From the IMG/VR virus record IMGVR_UViG_3300043432_000046, positions 1 to 52,637 of that record: a DNA stretch of 52,637 bases; one strand, given 5' to 3'. The stretch's first letter is position 1; each line of letters begins with the position of its first letter. Positions 52,374 through 52,637 of the stretch are shown in pieces. The notes under the pieces are model-generated. The model worked only from the letters and a program-made list of their open reading frames with translations. It searched no databases and had not been told where the DNA came from. The position numbers and the translations under genes were made by a program. Origin of the DNA: a virus. Lineage: Duplodnaviria > Caudoviricetes.

Positions 52374-52637
52374 TTAGTCAGTTAGTCCCGTCACGCCGTA
52401 TTCAAGTTTGAAGCCTACAACGTGCAACGTCGCTACCGCCGTTGTGGTTCCAGTTGCGTCCATTTGCCAGCGAAATTGAAGCAGTTTTCCCCCGCCTGTG
52501 CATGTTCCATTGGGCGTGATTGCGGCGGTCGTCACTTTGTCGATCTTGTTTGAGCCGCTCATGTTGGTGATGTCCATCGCAATCTCAGTGCCCCAAGTGT
52601 TATTAATTGTGTCAGCCGAGGCACGGCAAGCCATCGC
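52374..52637 (-). CDS. 3' end of the origin-spanning fibre-like gene (C-terminal beta-sandwich domain)
   Basis: ORF 52374..52634 is in frame with the 1771 start through the 121 bp overlap. Confidence 0.85.
   Translation of the reverse strand, partial: AMACRASADTINNTWGTEIAMDITNMSGSNKIDKVTTAAITPNGTCTGGGKLLQFRWQMDATGTTTAVATLHVVGFKLEYGVTGLTD
52517..52637. repeat. Terminal direct repeat, copy 2
   Basis: Matches 1-121 with one mismatch. Confidence 0.95.

Overview
The window looks like a complete, circularly assembled tailed-phage genome of about 52.5 kb. Bases 1-121 are repeated at 52517-52637 with one mismatch, and one gene runs across the join. The virion gene set is podovirus-like. A ~1.2 kb control region (10135-11316) separates two divergent arms. 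The + arm (11.3-29.4 kb) carries early and replication genes: MoxR-type AAA ATPase, DUF3150-like and DUF2201 peptidase-vWA genes, a PD-(D/E)XK nuclease, a Sak4-like ATPase, an SSB-like protein, a UDG-PolA fusion, a MazG-like protein, a DUF3987-type ATPase and two HNH endonucleases. The - arm carries late genes: TerS, a TerL split into two genes, accessory fibre genes, lysis genes, portal, scaffold, cement, major capsid, three adaptor paralogues, nozzle and ejection proteins. No integrase, reverse transcriptase, CRISPR array or canonical tRNA was seen. The most unusual signals are: (1) six fibre/adhesin-like late proteins with signal peptides and mostly paired cysteines, beside signal-less, Cys-free neighbours; (2) a split terminase with virion-type genes between its halves; (3) an apparently circularly permuted tail nozzle; (4) a tRNA-shaped RNA whose 5' end is tandemly amplified; (5) a ~560 bp degenerate palindrome around an AT core, flanked by sigma54 motifs; (6) two HNH insertions that each replace a terminus of the gene they invade. 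All family assignments come from motif recognition by eye; no searches were run.
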